Positions 1 to 10,653 are shown, counted from the first letter of the stretch. The stretch: DNA of 48,000 nucleotides from Nostoc sp. (GCF_036917275.1 NZ_JBALDF010000071.1:487-48486); one strand, 5' to 3'. A program made the numbers and translations. Notes: generated by a model from the sequence alone, not told the origin.

Positions 1-1
1 G

Positions 2-1690
2 TTAGCGACTCTCAACAGTCAGAACAAATTAGAAAAGTTACAAGCTTACCTGAGAGCAAAATATAATAGCGAATTGGATGTCCTTAAACCATTGGCGGCG
101 ATGAAATTATTAAAATCGCTGGTGGTTCGGGAACGACTGCAACAAGAAGCTTGGATTGCGAGAAGAATTTGTAAATTTTTGAGATATTTGCCCTTAGCGT
201 TAGAGTTAGTGGGGCGATATCTGAATAAAATGCTAGATTTGTCTCTAGAAACAGTGCTGAAGCGGTTAGAGAAGAAACGAGTGGAACATGAATCAGTGGT
301 CAATGCTAACTCATTGATGCATTATGAATACGGTGTAGCTGAAGTTTTTGAATTGAGTTGGGAAGAATTGGATGAGAATGCACAAAGCTTTGGCTGTTTG
401 CTAAGTTTGTGTGCCTTAGCTGCTATTCCCTTATCTGTTGAGACGGTAGGAGATGACAAAAAACAACGACTCAATGAAAAAGCCATAGCCGATTTACTAG
501 AATTGCATTTGCTAGAACAGGAAAGTAAAGGAATTTATCGTCTAAATCCACTGATTCGGCAACTTTTTCAAATGAAGTTGGATAAATCAGGTGAGGCGGA
601 TGAAGCAAAAACTAAATTTGCAGTGATGATGCTAGAGGTAGCAAAGCTAATTCCGCAACAGCCTAATCCTGAAGATATTCTCAACCTTACTCCACATATC
701 CCGCACATTTTAGAAGTTGCAATCCACCTATCACAGTATCTCAGTGATGAAAATCTAATCACTTTATTTACCAAATTAGCCTGGTTTTATCAAGCTCAAG
801 GACTTTATCAGCAAGCAGAACTTTGGTTGCAGCAGTGTGTAGACTTGACTCGAAATCGTCTTGGTTTAGAACATACTGATGTAGCGACTAACCTAAGCAA
901 TCTCGCAGGACTCTACGAATCTACAGGACGTTACAGCGAAGCCGAACCGCTCTATAAACAAGCTTTAGAACTCCAGAAACGCCTGCTAGGAGACAACCAT
1001 CTCGATGTCGCCACTAGCTTGAATAATTTAGCACAACTTTACGATTCTAGAGGACGTTACAGCGAAGCCGAACCGCTCTATAAACAAGCTTTAGAACTCC
1101 AGAAACGCCTGCTGGGAGAGGAACATCGCCATGTCGCCACTACCCTGAGCTATTTAGCATTACTCTACGAATCTACAGGACGCTATAGCGAAGCTGAACC
1201 TTTGTATCAGCAAGCTTTGAAACTGTGGAAACACCTAGTTGGAGAAGAACATCCCCATGTCGCCACTACCCTGAACAATTTAGCAGCTTTGTACTGTTAT
1301 ACAGGACGTTACAGTAAAGCCGAACCCTTGCTCAAGAAAGCTTTAGAAATGAGAAAACGCCTGCTGGGAGACAACCATCTTGATGTCACCACTAGCCTGA
1401 ATAATTTAGCGCAACTTTACGAATCTACAGAACGCTACAGCAAAGCCGAACCTTTGTATCAGCAAGCTTTAGAACTGAGTAAACGTCTGCTAGGAGAAGC
1501 TCATCCCGATGTTGCCATTAGCCTGAACAATCTAGCATCACTCTACTGTCATACAAGACGCTACAAGAAAGCCCAACCTTTATTTGAGCAAGCTTTGAAA
1601 ATTTGTGAACAAACTTTAAGTGTGAGTCATTCTACGACTATGACGATTCGGGCAAATTATGCAAGCTTTTTAAGAGAAGCATATCATTAG
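2..1690 (+). CDS. STAND NTPase, C-terminal part (end of NB-ARC module followed by about 8 kinesin-light-chain-type TPR repeats); the 5' end lies outside the window
   Basis: The frame is open from base 2, with no stop before the ORF-track Met at 74, so the gene is truncated by the window edge. 'LPLALELVGRYL' resembles the NB-ARC GLPLAL motif. A 42-aa unit 'LGxxHxxVATxLNNLAxLYxSxGRYSEAEPLYxQALEL' repeats about 8 times. Confidence 0.85.
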   Translation, partial: LATLNSQNKLEKLQAYLRAKYNSELDVLKPLAAMKLLKSLVVRERLQQEAWIARRICKFLRYLPLALELVGRYLNKMLDLSLETVLKRLEKKRVEHESVVNANSLMHYEYGVAEVFELSWEELDENAQSFGCLLSLCALAAIPLSVETVGDDKKQRLNEKAIADLLELHLLEQESKGIYRLNPLIRQLFQMKLDKSGEADEAKTKFAVMMLEVAKLIPQQPNPEDILNLTPHIPHILEVAIHLSQYLSDENLITLFTKLAWFYQAQGLYQQAELWLQQCVDLTRNRLGLEHTDVATNLSNLAGLYESTGRYSEAEPLYKQALELQKRLLGDNHLDVATSLNNLAQLYDSRGRYSEAEPLYKQALELQKRLLGEEHRHVATTLSYLALLYESTGRYSEAEPLYQQALKLWKHLVGEEHPHVATTLNNLAALYCYTGRYSKAEPLLKKALEMRKRLLGDNHLDVTTSLNNLAQLYESTERYSKAEPLYQQALELSKRLLGEAHPDVAISLNNLASLYCHTRRYKKAQPLFEQALKICEQTLSVSHSTTMTIRANYASFLREAYH

Positions 1691-1816
1691 CGATCGCGTA
1701 GTGAAAGGAGGCGATAGGATAACCGTTTTGAATTTCAAACTTGAAACTTGAGGTTCAGAAGCTCAACGTCTATAGCGGTTCCCATCCAGATGCAGTACAA
1801 CGTTACATCACGAGGT

Positions 1817-1845
1817 GTAGGGGCACGGCAATGCCGTGCCCCTAC
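1817..1845. repeat. Dispersed hairpin repeat GTAGGGGCAC(G/A)GCAATGC(C/T)GTGCCCCTAC, copy 1 of 3
   Basis: Perfect 12-bp stem with a 5-nt loop. Near-identical copies lie at 15057-15085 and 46989-47017. All three are intergenic. Confidence 0.8.
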
Positions 1846-1889
1846 GGGTGTACCTCACGTAAACGATAATTGCTATACCTTCAAAAGCT

Positions 1890-1924
1890 AATACGCTTGG
1901 GTTAAGCCTTAACCCAAGCGTATT
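1890..1924. repeat. 35-bp perfect palindrome AATACGCTTGGGTTAAG-C-CTTAACCCAAGCGTATT
   Basis: Read directly from the sequence. The same two arms recur at 40598-40615 and 40782-40798, separated there by inserted DNA. Confidence 0.85.
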
Positions 1925-2117
1925 GAGATTAACTCATCCCTGAAGTCACTTGCTTGTCAAAAAATGTTTGGATAATGGAAAAATAGAATTATTTTCACGT
2001 TTAAACTCGCAAGTCTCAAACATGCATTAAATAATTGAATGCGAGAATCTTCTCTACCAGAGGCTCCGCCAACAATTTCATTATCCAAAATTTAAACATC
2101 ATAAATTCGGTGAAAGT

Positions 2118-2612
2118 TTACTTACATCCTAAAGACTTACGAGTATCTACACCAGTTTTAGAATTAACACCACTTGCCTTAACACAAAGTTTTTTCACTT
2201 GCGTTCCATCTAAAATCGCATTCGTAAAATCAGCACCTGTGATATCCACGCTATCAAAAGTAGAACGCAGCATCATTGCATCGGTCAACACAGCATCACT
2301 TAAATCAGCGTCCTTAAACCTTGTTAGATAGGCTATACCTTCACTAAAATCTGCACCACGCAGATTTACTCCTTCCAATAGAGTACCGTTAAACACGCCA
2401 CCACGTAAGTCAGCATTGCTAAAATTAGCATTCTCTAATTTGAGATTGGTAAACTCAGTGCCAACTAAACTTTGACCAGAGTAATCCTTGCCTTTAAGAT
2501 CATTAGCCACAGAACGGGTAATACTGGAAGAACTTGCAGCTTGCGCCGATAGGGGAAACAAAAAAAGAACCATAGCTAAGACAAAGCTAGCTAACAGTTG
2601 CCAATATTTCAT
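2118..2612 (-). CDS. Secreted or thylakoid-lumen pentapeptide-repeat protein
   Basis: N-terminal signal peptide (LLASFVLAMVLFLFPLSAQA) is followed by A(D/N)LxX-type pentapeptide repeats (NANFSNADLRGGVFNGTLLEGVNLRGADFSEG...). Confidence 0.85.
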   Translation of the reverse strand: MKYWQLLASFVLAMVLFLFPLSAQAASSSSITRSVANDLKGKDYSGQSLVGTEFTNLKLENANFSNADLRGGVFNGTLLEGVNLRGADFSEGIAYLTRFKDADLSDAVLTDAMMLRSTFDSVDITGADFTNAILDGTQVKKLCVKASGVNSKTGVDTRKSLGCK

Positions 2613-2792
2613 AATGTCTTCTTAATAAATCTCAACACTTTCACCATTAACTATTAAACCTCACAGAAGGGGACAAGGGGGACAAGGAAAATAACCATGC
2701 CCAATGCTCGAGTTCAATACACAATACTGTAAAACCTAGAAAGCATCTCTTAGGATGATAGATGTTGAGGTGCGATCGCATAATAATTACCT

Positions 2793-3929
2793 GTGGCTAA
2801 TCAAGAAGAAAATGCCCAATCTCTGGCGCGAACCCCTTTATATCAACTGGGTGTAGAACTCAAAGCCCGCCTTACCAGCTTTGGTGGCTGGGAAATGCCT
2901 GTGCAATTTAGTGGCATTAGCCGCGAACACGATGCTGTAAGAAATACAGCCGGAATGTTCGATATTTCCCACATGGGCAAATTTACCCTCCAAGGTAAAA
3001 ACCTGATTTCTCAACTCCAGTCTCTAGTGCCTTCAGACTTGAGTCGTTTACAAGCTGGTCAAGCTCAATACACCGTATTGTTAAATCTCCAAGCGGGAAT
3101 TATTGACGATATCATTGTTTATTACCAAGGTGAAGACACCAGTGGCATAGAGAAGGCATTGATCATCGTCAATGCGGCAACATCGAGTAAAGATAAAGCA
3201 TGGCTATTGCAACACCTTGACTTGGATAAAGTACAATTCCAAGACCTTTCACCAGAAAAAGCCTTAATCGCTGTGCAAGGGCCAGAAGCGATTAAATATC
3301 TTCAACCCTTAGTGCAAGAAGACTTACAACCAGTCAAAGCCTTCGGACATTTAGAAGCAACCCTACTAGGGAAACCTGCCTTCTTAGCCCGCACAGGTTA
3401 CACCGGAGAAGACGGCTTTGAGGTGATGGTAGACCCAGATGTGGGGATAGAATTGTGGCGAAATCTCCATAATGCTGGTGTTATCCCCTGTGGACTTGGT
3501 GCGAGAGACACCCTGCGGGTAGAAGCGGCGATGGCACTTTACGGACAAGATATTGATGAGACCACCACACCCTTAGAAGCAGGTTTGGGGTGGCTAGTTC
3601 ACTTAGATACCAAAGGCGAATTTATTGGTCGGGAAGTTTTGGAACAGCAAAAAGCTACTGGAGTGCATCGCCGATTGGTGGGTTTGCAAACCCAAGGACG
3701 CAACATTGCCCGTCACGGTTATCAAGTGTTATCCGCAGGCAAAGTTGTGGGAGAAGTTACCAGTGGCACTCTGTCACTTACACTTGGTTATCCCGTTGCA
3801 TTAGCCTACGTTTCCACCCAGTTAGCAACTGTCAATCAGCAGCTAGAAGTCGAAATTCGCGGCAAAGCTTATCCAGCAGTTGTAGTTAAACGTCCCTTTT
3901 ATCGGTCAAAAAATCGTGTTACCAACTGA
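2793..3929 (+). CDS. gcvT: Glycine cleavage system T protein (aminomethyltransferase)
   Basis: 378 aa with GTG start. Motifs include 'AGMFDISHMGKF', 'ARTGYTGEDGFEV' and 'ARDTLRVEAAMALYGQD'. It is followed by gcvH and gcvP. Confidence 0.95.
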   Translation: MANQEENAQSLARTPLYQLGVELKARLTSFGGWEMPVQFSGISREHDAVRNTAGMFDISHMGKFTLQGKNLISQLQSLVPSDLSRLQAGQAQYTVLLNLQAGIIDDIIVYYQGEDTSGIEKALIIVNAATSSKDKAWLLQHLDLDKVQFQDLSPEKALIAVQGPEAIKYLQPLVQEDLQPVKAFGHLEATLLGKPAFLARTGYTGEDGFEVMVDPDVGIELWRNLHNAGVIPCGLGARDTLRVEAAMALYGQDIDETTTPLEAGLGWLVHLDTKGEFIGREVLEQQKATGVHRRLVGLQTQGRNIARHGYQVLSAGKVVGEVTSGTLSLTLGYPVALAYVSTQLATVNQQLEVEIRGKAYPAVVVKRPFYRSKNRVTN

Positions 3930-4051
3930 TAAGTGCCGAGGTTTTTGAGGAATAATGTGTTGTGAGTTACTCAATTTACAGTCAGGTTCATTACCAGATA
4001 TGGCTTGGATGATTGGGGCAATAATTTATTTGATAAGGGAGAGGAAGTGAT

Positions 4052-4441
4052 ATGTCTTTTGAATATCCTCAAGATTTCAGATACCTGGATTCTCATGAAT
4101 ACGTGCGACTAGATGGTGAAATTGCCACCGTTGGCATTACCGAGTTTGCTGTACATGAATTGGGTGATATCGTCTTTTTGGAACTGCCAGAAATTGGCGA
4201 CGCTCTTACCAGAGGAGAAAACTTTGGCACAATTGAATCTGTGAAAGCCGTTGAAGAACTAAATTCACCCGTCACAGGCACAGTTATAGAACGCAATGAA
4301 GCCTTAATTAATTCTCCCGAAGAAGTGTCAGAAGATCCCTACGGGGAAGGGTGGTTTTTGAAAGTGCGTATCAATGATTCTGGTGATGTTGAGGATGCCT
4401 TGACAGCGGATGAGTATCGCGCTCTGGTGGAAGGAGAGTAG
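4052..4441 (+). CDS. gcvH: Glycine cleavage system H protein (lipoyl carrier)
   Basis: 129 aa with lipoyl-lysine motif '[16 protein letters not shown]' and 'DPYGEGWF'. An SD-like GGGAGAGGAAG lies upstream of the ATG. Confidence 0.95.
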   Translation: MSFEYPQDFRYLDSHEYVRLDGEIATVGITEFAVHELGDIVFLELPEIGDALTRGENFGTIESVKAVEELNSPVTGTVIERNEALINSPEEVSEDPYGEGWFLKVRINDSGDVEDALTADEYRALVEGE

Positions 4442-4623
4442 GAAAGAGGCAGAGGGAAAGACTTGCAGCAACTTACCCTCTGCTCCCCTACTCCTCTACT
4501 CAAGAGCCTCTTCTCACTCCACCGGCAGATAAGTCATGAAATTTAGATAAAGTAAAAAGTTATAATTACTTCTAATGAGTATTTATTGCAAAATATTAAA
4601 TAGTAATATCTGGAGAGTAATTT

Positions 4624-7569
4624 GTGGTATTAAACGCCCCTATTCTCAAGTCTAATCAGCAGCAAGTGCTGGACGAAAAAAGTCAAAAGTTAAGTAGTTT
4701 TGTGCCAAGACACATTGGCCCTAACTCTGATGACATCGAGCAAATGCTTAAGGTTTTGGGGTTTCCCAGCCTGGATGCGCTAATCAACCAAACAGTTCCA
4801 CAGGCAATCCGGCTGAAGCGATCGCTAAAGTTACCAGAACCAGAAAGTGAGTACGCTGCACTGGCATCGTTAAAAAAAGTTGCTGCCAAAAATCAGGTTT
4901 TCCGCTCATACATCGGTATGGGATATTACGACAGTATTACCCCACCTGTGATTGGGCGCAATATCCTAGAAAATCCCGGTTGGTATACTGCCTACACTCC
5001 TTATCAGCCAGAAATTGCCCAAGGGCGACTTCAAGCACTGCTAAATTTCCAAACCCTAATTATCGACTTAACAGGTTTGGAAATCGCCAATGCTTCGTTA
5101 CTTGATGAAGCTACAGCCGCAGCTGAAGCGATGAACCTAAGCTATGGTGTCTCCAAAAATCAGGCAAATGCCTATTTTGTCTCTGGTGAGTGCCATCCTC
5201 AAACTATCGACGTGTTACAAACACGTGCTCAACCATTAGGAATTAAGATCATTGTTGGCGATCATCAAACCTTTGATTTTGATCAACCAATTTTTGGGGC
5301 TGTTCTGCAATATCCTGCAAGTGATGGCACTATTTACGACTACCGCGCTTTTATAGAAAAAGCCCATGCTAAGGGTGCATTGGTGACGGTAGCAGCAGAT
5401 CCTTTAAGTCTAACTTTGCTCACCCCTCCTGGGGAATTTGGCGCTGATATTGCTGTCGGTAGTACCCAGCGCTTCGGTATTCCGTTGGGGTTTGGGGGGC
5501 CTCATGCGGCATACTTTGCTACAAAGGAAGAGTATAAGCGGTTGGTTCCAGGTCGAATTGTGGGAGTATCAAAAGATGCTCAAGGTAAGCCTGCATTACG
5601 TCTAGCCTTGCAAACCCGCGAACAACATATCCGCCGCGAAAAAGCTACTAGTAATATCTGTACAGCACAGGTACTGCTGGCAGTAATGGCGAGTATGTAC
5701 GCCGTCTATCATGGGCCTGCTGGACTGAAGGAAATTGCTGAAAATATCCACTCCTTGACGGTGTTACTGGCACAAGGATTGAAACGTTTAGGTTACAACG
5801 TCGTTTCAGAATCTTTCTTTGATACGCTGCGAGTAGAACTGGGAACACACAATTTAAAAGATATTCTGGCAGCTAGCGAACAGCTTCAAATTAACCTGCG
5901 GATTTTTGATGCAACTGCTGTTGGTATTTCCCTGGATGAAACAACTACACCAGAAGACTTAATCGACCTTTGGCAGATTTTCGCTGGTACAGATGATTTA
6001 CCTTTTACCTTAGAAGAATTAACTTCTCCCTCTCTTCCCCATCTCTCCCTCTCCCGTACAAGTACATATCTCACCCACCCAGTTTTTAACCGCTATCACT
6101 CAGAAACTGAATTATTGCGCTATCTGCATAAGCTAGAAAGCAAGGACTTGTCGCTAACAACATCAATGATTCCTTTGGGGTCATGCACAATGAAGTTGAA
6201 TGCGACAGCTGAGATGATTCCGGTAAGTTGGGAGGAATTTGGCAAGATTCATCCATTTGCCCCGGCGTCGCAAACGCAGGGTTATCAAATCCTGTTTAAG
6301 CAACTTGAGGCATGGTTAGCTGAAATTACTGGTTTTGCGGGAATTTCTCTGCAACCAAATGCTGGTTCTCAGGGCGAATACGCCGGACTTTTAGTGATTC
6401 GCCAATATCACCAAAGCCGTGGAGAAGGACACCGCAACGTTTGTTTGATTCCTACTTCGGCACACGGGACAAATCCAGCGAGTGCGGTAATGTGCGGGAT
6501 GAAAGTAGTGGCAGTTGCCTGTGACTCACAAGGTAATATTAACGTTGATGACCTGAAGGCTAAGGCAGAAAAATACAGCAATGAACTAGCCGCCTTAATG
6601 GTGACATATCCCTCAACTCATGGTGTTTTTGAGGAGCCAATTCAGGAAATCTGCGCTGTTGTCCATACCCACGGTGGACAAGTTTACATGGATGGGGCAA
6701 ATATGAACGCCCAAGTGGGAATTTGTCGTCCTGGAGATATTGGTGCGGATGTCTGCCATTTAAACTTGCACAAAACCTTCTGTATTCCTCATGGTGGCGG
6801 TGGGCCTGGTATGGGACCCATTGGGGTAGCCTCTCATCTTGTGCCCTTTCTCCCTGGACACGCTGTGGTAGGGACTGGGGACTGGGGACTGGGGATTAGG
6901 AAAGAGGAAATTTCCAGTACCCAGCATATTGGTGCTGTGGCGGCTGCGCCTTGGGGTAGTGCTAGTATCTTGGTGATTTCTTGGATGTACATCGCTATGA
7001 TGGGTGCAGCTGGTTTAACCGAAGCAACTAAAGTGGCGATTCTCAGTGCTAACTACATCGCCAAGAGACTGGAATCGTACTATCCAGTTTTGTATCAAGG
7101 GAAAAATGGTCTAGTTGCCCATGAATGTATTTTAGATTTGCGATCGCTCAAAAAATCGGCTGCGATCGAAATCGATGATGTAGCCAAGCGTCTAATGGAT
7201 TATGGTTTCCATGCGCCGACTGTCTCCTGGCCTGTTGGGGGTACAATCATGGTGGAACCTACAGAAAGTGAATCTAAACAAGAGTTGGATCGTTTCTGTG
7301 ATGCGTTGATTTCTATTCGCCAAGAAATCGCTGAGATTGAATTAGGTAGGGTGGATATCCAAGATAATGTTTTGAAGAATGCACCGCACACTGCCGAAAG
7401 CCTCATCACCGGAGAATGGCATCATTCCTATTCTCGTGAACAAGCTGCTTACCCTGCGCCTTGGACTCGTGAACATAAGTTTTGGCCGGCTGTCGGTCGC
7501 ATTGATTCAGCCTTTGGCGATAGGAATTTTGTTTGTTCTTGTCTGCCAATGGATGCTTATTCCTCATAA
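4624..7569 (+). CDS. gcvP: Glycine dehydrogenase (decarboxylating), glycine cleavage P protein
   Basis: 981 aa with GTG start; GGAGAG lies 8 nt upstream. The PLP-lysine region is '[18 protein letters not shown]'. '[13 protein letters not shown]' is also present. Confidence 0.95.
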   Translation: MVLNAPILKSNQQQVLDEKSQKLSSFVPRHIGPNSDDIEQMLKVLGFPSLDALINQTVPQAIRLKRSLKLPEPESEYAALASLKKVAAKNQVFRSYIGMGYYDSITPPVIGRNILENPGWYTAYTPYQPEIAQGRLQALLNFQTLIIDLTGLEIANASLLDEATAAAEAMNLSYGVSKNQANAYFVSGECHPQTIDVLQTRAQPLGIKIIVGDHQTFDFDQPIFGAVLQYPASDGTIYDYRAFIEKAHAKGALVTVAADPLSLTLLTPPGEFGADIAVGSTQRFGIPLGFGGPHAAYFATKEEYKRLVPGRIVGVSKDAQGKPALRLALQTREQHIRREKATSNICTAQVLLAVMASMYAVYHGPAGLKEIAENIHSLTVLLAQGLKRLGYNVVSESFFDTLRVELGTHNLKDILAASEQLQINLRIFDATAVGISLDETTTPEDLIDLWQIFAGTDDLPFTLEELTSPSLPHLSLSRTSTYLTHPVFNRYHSETELLRYLHKLESKDLSLTTSMIPLGSCTMKLNATAEMIPVSWEEFGKIHPFAPASQTQGYQILFKQLEAWLAEITGFAGISLQPNAGSQGEYAGLLVIRQYHQSRGEGHRNVCLIPTSAHGTNPASAVMCGMKVVAVACDSQGNINVDDLKAKAEKYSNELAALMVTYPSTHGVFEEPIQEICAVVHTHGGQVYMDGANMNAQVGICRPGDIGADVCHLNLHKTFCIPHGGGGPGMGPIGVASHLVPFLPGHAVVGTGDWGLGIRKEEISSTQHIGAVAAAPWGSASILVISWMYIAMMGAAGLTEATKVAILSANYIAKRLESYYPVLYQGKNGLVAHECILDLRSLKKSAAIEIDDVAKRLMDYGFHAPTVSWPVGGTIMVEPTESESKQELDRFCDALISIRQEIAEIELGRVDIQDNVLKNAPHTAESLITGEWHHSYSREQAAYPAPWTREHKFWPAVGRIDSAFGDRNFVCSCLPMDAYSS
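6871..6897 (+). repeat. Tandem heptamer (GGACTGG/ACTGGGG x3 plus a partial unit; STRR-type, reverse complement CCCCAGT) inside gcvP
   Basis: The sequence GGGACTGGGGACTGGGGACTGGGGATT was read directly. Its 21 nt equal 7 codons and encode 'GTGDWGLG' in frame. Confidence 0.85.
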
Positions 7570-7596
7570 AGCTATACAGTTTAGTTAAAACTTGCT

Positions 7597-7637
7597 CCCC
7601 CCAACTCTCGTTTTTAGAAAGTTGGGGGGATTTTTTT
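7597..7637 (+). terminator. Rho-independent terminator downstream of gcvP
   Basis: 10-bp GC-rich stem CCCCCCAACT/AGTTGGGGGG is followed by ATTTTTTTAT, 28 nt after the gcvP stop. Confidence 0.8.
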
Positions 7638-7672
7638 ATAGTTCCTTCTTATCTTTTCAGGCTGATTATTGA

Positions 7673-7814
7673 CTATTAGACCTCTTGCATAAGTCGAATA
7701 GACCCCCCTTAATCCCCCCTTATAAAGGGGGGAAACTTTAAATCTTGCCCCCTCCCCTTATGAAGGGGAGGGTTGGGGAGGGGTGATTCAAGGATTTTTG
7801 CAAGAGGTCTATTG
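7673..7814. mobile_element. MITE-like element with terminal inverted repeats TAGACCTCTTGCA / TGCAAGAGGTCTA and internal G/C-run hairpins
   Basis: TIRs lie at 7673-7689 and 7799-7814. The interior holds CCCCCCTTATAAAGGGGGG and CCCTCCCCTTATGAAGGGGAGGG hairpins. Related copies are at 10706-10790 and inside the 46.0-46.4 kb repeats. Confidence 0.7.
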
Positions 7815-8677
7815 ATTAACTCCTCCAATTCTTTTCGTAAAGATAAAGGTTGATACCCCAATCCAAAAGCTTTGGAACTATCTAAAGAAACATCTGCTGG
7901 TCTAGGTGCTGCCATTTTCACATCTTGTTGTCGGCAGGATTTGAGCTTGGTAGCGGGAAGTTGAAATACTTCAACTAATAACCGCCCAAAATCATAGCGA
8001 GAAATTCGTTCTTTGCCGCCTAAGTGAATGATGCCGTTAACTTTTTCCAATGCTAATAAAAGTCCTTTAGCGGCAGTTTTTCCACTTACTGGTGTGCGAA
8101 ATTCATCAATAAATAAACTTAGTTCTTCTTCGGCTTGTAAAGTTTGAATAAATGGCTGAATAAAGCTTTTAGCTATGGGTGTTGCTGTGCCAAACATCAA
8201 CGGCATTCTACACACTGCGGTCATGGGATATCGCTCTAGCATACTTACTTCAGCTATAGCTTTTTGCTCACCATAAAGATTGACAGGACACACGGGGTCT
8301 GTTTCTCGATAGGGGGCATTTAAGCCATCAAAAACTAAGTCACTTGAGGTGAAAGCACAAGGTATAGAATTATCCGCACAAAGCCCGGCAATATTGCCGG
8401 ATGCTATAACATTAATTGCGTGCGATTCTTCGGGATGGGTTTGACAAAAATTTGGTTGCGAATGTGCAGCAGTATGAATAACTGCTGTTGGTTTAATATC
8501 ACTAAATATGCGCTGCAATTCCTGAAAATCTGTTAAGTTCACTTTCAACATTTTGATATCAGGGATATCTAGATAATGGGAAAAATAAGTAGCATAAACT
8601 TCCCATTCTTGTTTTGTAAGCTGGCAAAGATGCCATCCCAAAAAGCCACTTGCTCCGGTGATTAGCAATTTTTTCAT
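7709..8677 (-). CDS. NAD(P)-dependent epimerase/reductase of the SDR family (RmlD/dTDP-4-dehydrorhamnose reductase-like)
   Basis: N-terminal Rossmann motif 'ITGASGFLGWHL' and a YxxxK-type 'YGEQKAIAE'. The last 31 codons (NRPLAKILESPLPNPPLHKGRGQDLKFPPFIRGD) are read from the MITE at 7673-7814. Confidence 0.8.
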   Translation of the reverse strand: MKKLLITGASGFLGWHLCQLTKQEWEVYATYFSHYLDIPDIKMLKVNLTDFQELQRIFSDIKPTAVIHTAAHSQPNFCQTHPEESHAINVIASGNIAGLCADNSIPCAFTSSDLVFDGLNAPYRETDPVCPVNLYGEQKAIAEVSMLERYPMTAVCRMPLMFGTATPIAKSFIQPFIQTLQAEEELSLFIDEFRTPVSGKTAAKGLLLALEKVNGIIHLGGKERISRYDFGRLLVEVFQLPATKLKSCRQQDVKMAAPRPADVSLDSSKAFGLGYQPLSLRKELEELINRPLAKILESPLPNPPLHKGRGQDLKFPPFIRGD

Positions 8678-8749
8678 ATTTTATTTTTAAAAAATTAATT
8701 CGGTTTAAAAGACCGCTTTGATTGTGTTTTACAAAATAATTAAAATAAA

Positions 8750-9493
8750 CTATTGAAGTAATTTCTGAAACTGCTTTTCACTACGCACTTTGCTAAAGTC
8801 TGGGTCAGTCTTTGCTAAGTTTTTGTATTTATCAGGAACAAGCTTGATTGCTTTATCTAAATTCTCAATTGCTAATTCTAAATTACTTTCTAAAGCATAA
8901 GAGCAAGCTTTGTTGTAATATACTTGGTGCAAATCTGGCTTGATAGCGATCGCTCTATCATAAGATACAATAGCATCTTGGTAGCGGTGCAACTTTGTCA
9001 GAGCGATGCCTCGGTTAATTAAGGCTTCAGATTTGTCGGGTTTAATGGCGATCGCTTTGTCGTAAGATGCAAGAGCGTCTTTGTAGCGTTGCAACGATGT
9101 TAAGGCTATGCCACGATTATACCAAGCTTCATATTTGTCGGGTTTGATGGCGATCGCTCTATCGTAAGATGCAAGAGCATCTTTGTAGCGTTCCAGCGAT
9201 GTTAAAGCTATGCCACGGTTAATCCAAGCTTCAGGACTGTCAACTTTGATGGCGATCGCTTCATCGTATGCTTTTATTGCATCTTCGTAACGTTGTCCAT
9301 CTAATAAATGATTGCCTTGATGAAAGAAATCTTCTGCTTTTTGCGTAGCCTTCGCTTCTATCAAAAGTTGGGTTACATTACTTTCTTGCACAACTTGTGT
9401 AGTATTTTCTGTTGATGAGTTTGCCCCACCACTACAGCCAAATGTAAAGAAAACTATTAAGCCAGATGCAACGAAGCAGCGCCGAAAAACCAT
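8750..9493 (-). CDS. TPR-repeat protein with signal peptide (possible lipoprotein)
   Basis: The N-terminus is 'GLIVFFTFGCSGG' (Cys after a hydrophobic segment). About five 34-aa TPR units follow: 'YDxAIAIKPDxxEAWxNRGIALTSLxRYKDALAS'. Confidence 0.85.
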   Translation of the reverse strand: MVFRRCFVASGLIVFFTFGCSGGANSSTENTTQVVQESNVTQLLIEAKATQKAEDFFHQGNHLLDGQRYEDAIKAYDEAIAIKVDSPEAWINRGIALTSLERYKDALASYDRAIAIKPDKYEAWYNRGIALTSLQRYKDALASYDKAIAIKPDKSEALINRGIALTKLHRYQDAIVSYDRAIAIKPDLHQVYYNKACSYALESNLELAIENLDKAIKLVPDKYKNLAKTDPDFSKVRSEKQFQKLLQ

Positions 9494-9771
9494 GCTGTAC
9501 CTACAAAACTGATAAAGATGATCTTAAAAGTTGTTTTTTTTGAGTATTATTAAAATACACTAGTTTTGACCCATTAATTTACTTACTTATATATATTTTG
9601 AGAAATAACTTTTTTGGCAATGTATAGAAGCTTATAAAAATAAACTGGATGTTAAATTATCATATTAAATACACATAAAGCAATTTTATAGCTTATCTCA
9701 CTCAAAAAATGATTATTTGTGTTACAATACAGGTAGCGTAGGCGTGCCTGTCGTAGCAAGAACTGCCTTCT

Positions 9772-10653
9772 TCACATTACTCTGCTATCAACGGGTAACG
9801 AAAAGTCGCGAGACCATTCATTCCAAGATCCAAAATAATTCCTGGCAGAAATTCCTGCTAATTGCAGAGCAATCAGAGTATTCGCCGCCCTAGAACCTTT
9901 AAAACAGTAAACGTACACAATAGAATCTTTAGTAATACCCACAGATTGACAAATTTCTAAGATTTCCGTTTTTGAGCGGAACATGGAAATTTCCGATTCA
10001 GATGTCATCATCCGATGCCATTCTATCCATACAGCATTAGGGATTCTACCTTTGCGAGGACAAAAATCAGCAGTGTAGGGAGAAGAACTCAGCCCAAGCC
10101 ATTCGTTGCGATGGCGCACATCTAATTTTATAATTGCTGAATTGTCAATTGCTTGCAACATCTCGGTGGTAGTAACCATCATGTCAGCGTTGAGATGCAA
10201 TCTAAATATGCTGCTTTCACGTTTAGGGACTTCATCGGTAGTAGGTAATCCCCCTGTCTGCCATGCTTTATATCCTCCGTGTAAGATAGATACCTGAGCG
10301 CAACCCAAATATTTGAGTAAAAAAGCTGCTCGACAAGATTGACCATAACCTTTATCTAAAGTATCTTCATAAACAATTAACCGTTCTGCACCAGATATTC
10401 CTACCCTGCTCATAATTTCTGCAAAATACTCTTGTAATTTCTTTAATCCTGCGGGGTAAGAATTCTCTAAAAGATAAGTAAAAAAATCTCTTATATTTAT
10501 GGATTCAGGAATATGAGAAATACCATAATCTTCTTGACTTCGCGTATCGATAATGACAGCTTGTGATGATTTTTCTGCTAACAGAGACGTGAGTTCTTGA
10601 GGAGAAATGAGGAGTTTTGTATTCACGCTTTCATGCTTCTGTTGTCGTACCAT
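9772..10653 (-). CDS. Two-domain rhodanese-type sulfurtransferase
   Basis: 293 aa in two rhodanese-like halves. The C-terminal half carries the active-site loop 'CFKGSRAAN'; the N-terminal half looks inactive. Confidence 0.8.
   Translation of the reverse strand: MVRQQKHESVNTKLLISPQELTSLLAEKSSQAVIIDTRSQEDYGISHIPESINIRDFFTYLLENSYPAGLKKLQEYFAEIMSRVGISGAERLIVYEDTLDKGYGQSCRAAFLLKYLGCAQVSILHGGYKAWQTGGLPTTDEVPKRESSIFRLHLNADMMVTTTEMLQAIDNSAIIKLDVRHRNEWLGLSSSPYTADFCPRKGRIPNAVWIEWHRMMTSESEISMFRSKTEILEICQSVGITKDSIVYVYCFKGSRAANTLIALQLAGISARNYFGSWNEWSRDFSLPVDSRVM

Noticed and set aside
2613-2792. Glycine riboswitch upstream of gcvT
   Set aside because: Glycine riboswitches often precede gcvT in other phyla. 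I could not find the conserved GGAGAG…CACCG/…CTCTGGAGAG…ACCGAAGGGGCAA-type cores or a tandem aptamer arrangement here. A covariance-model scan would be decisive.
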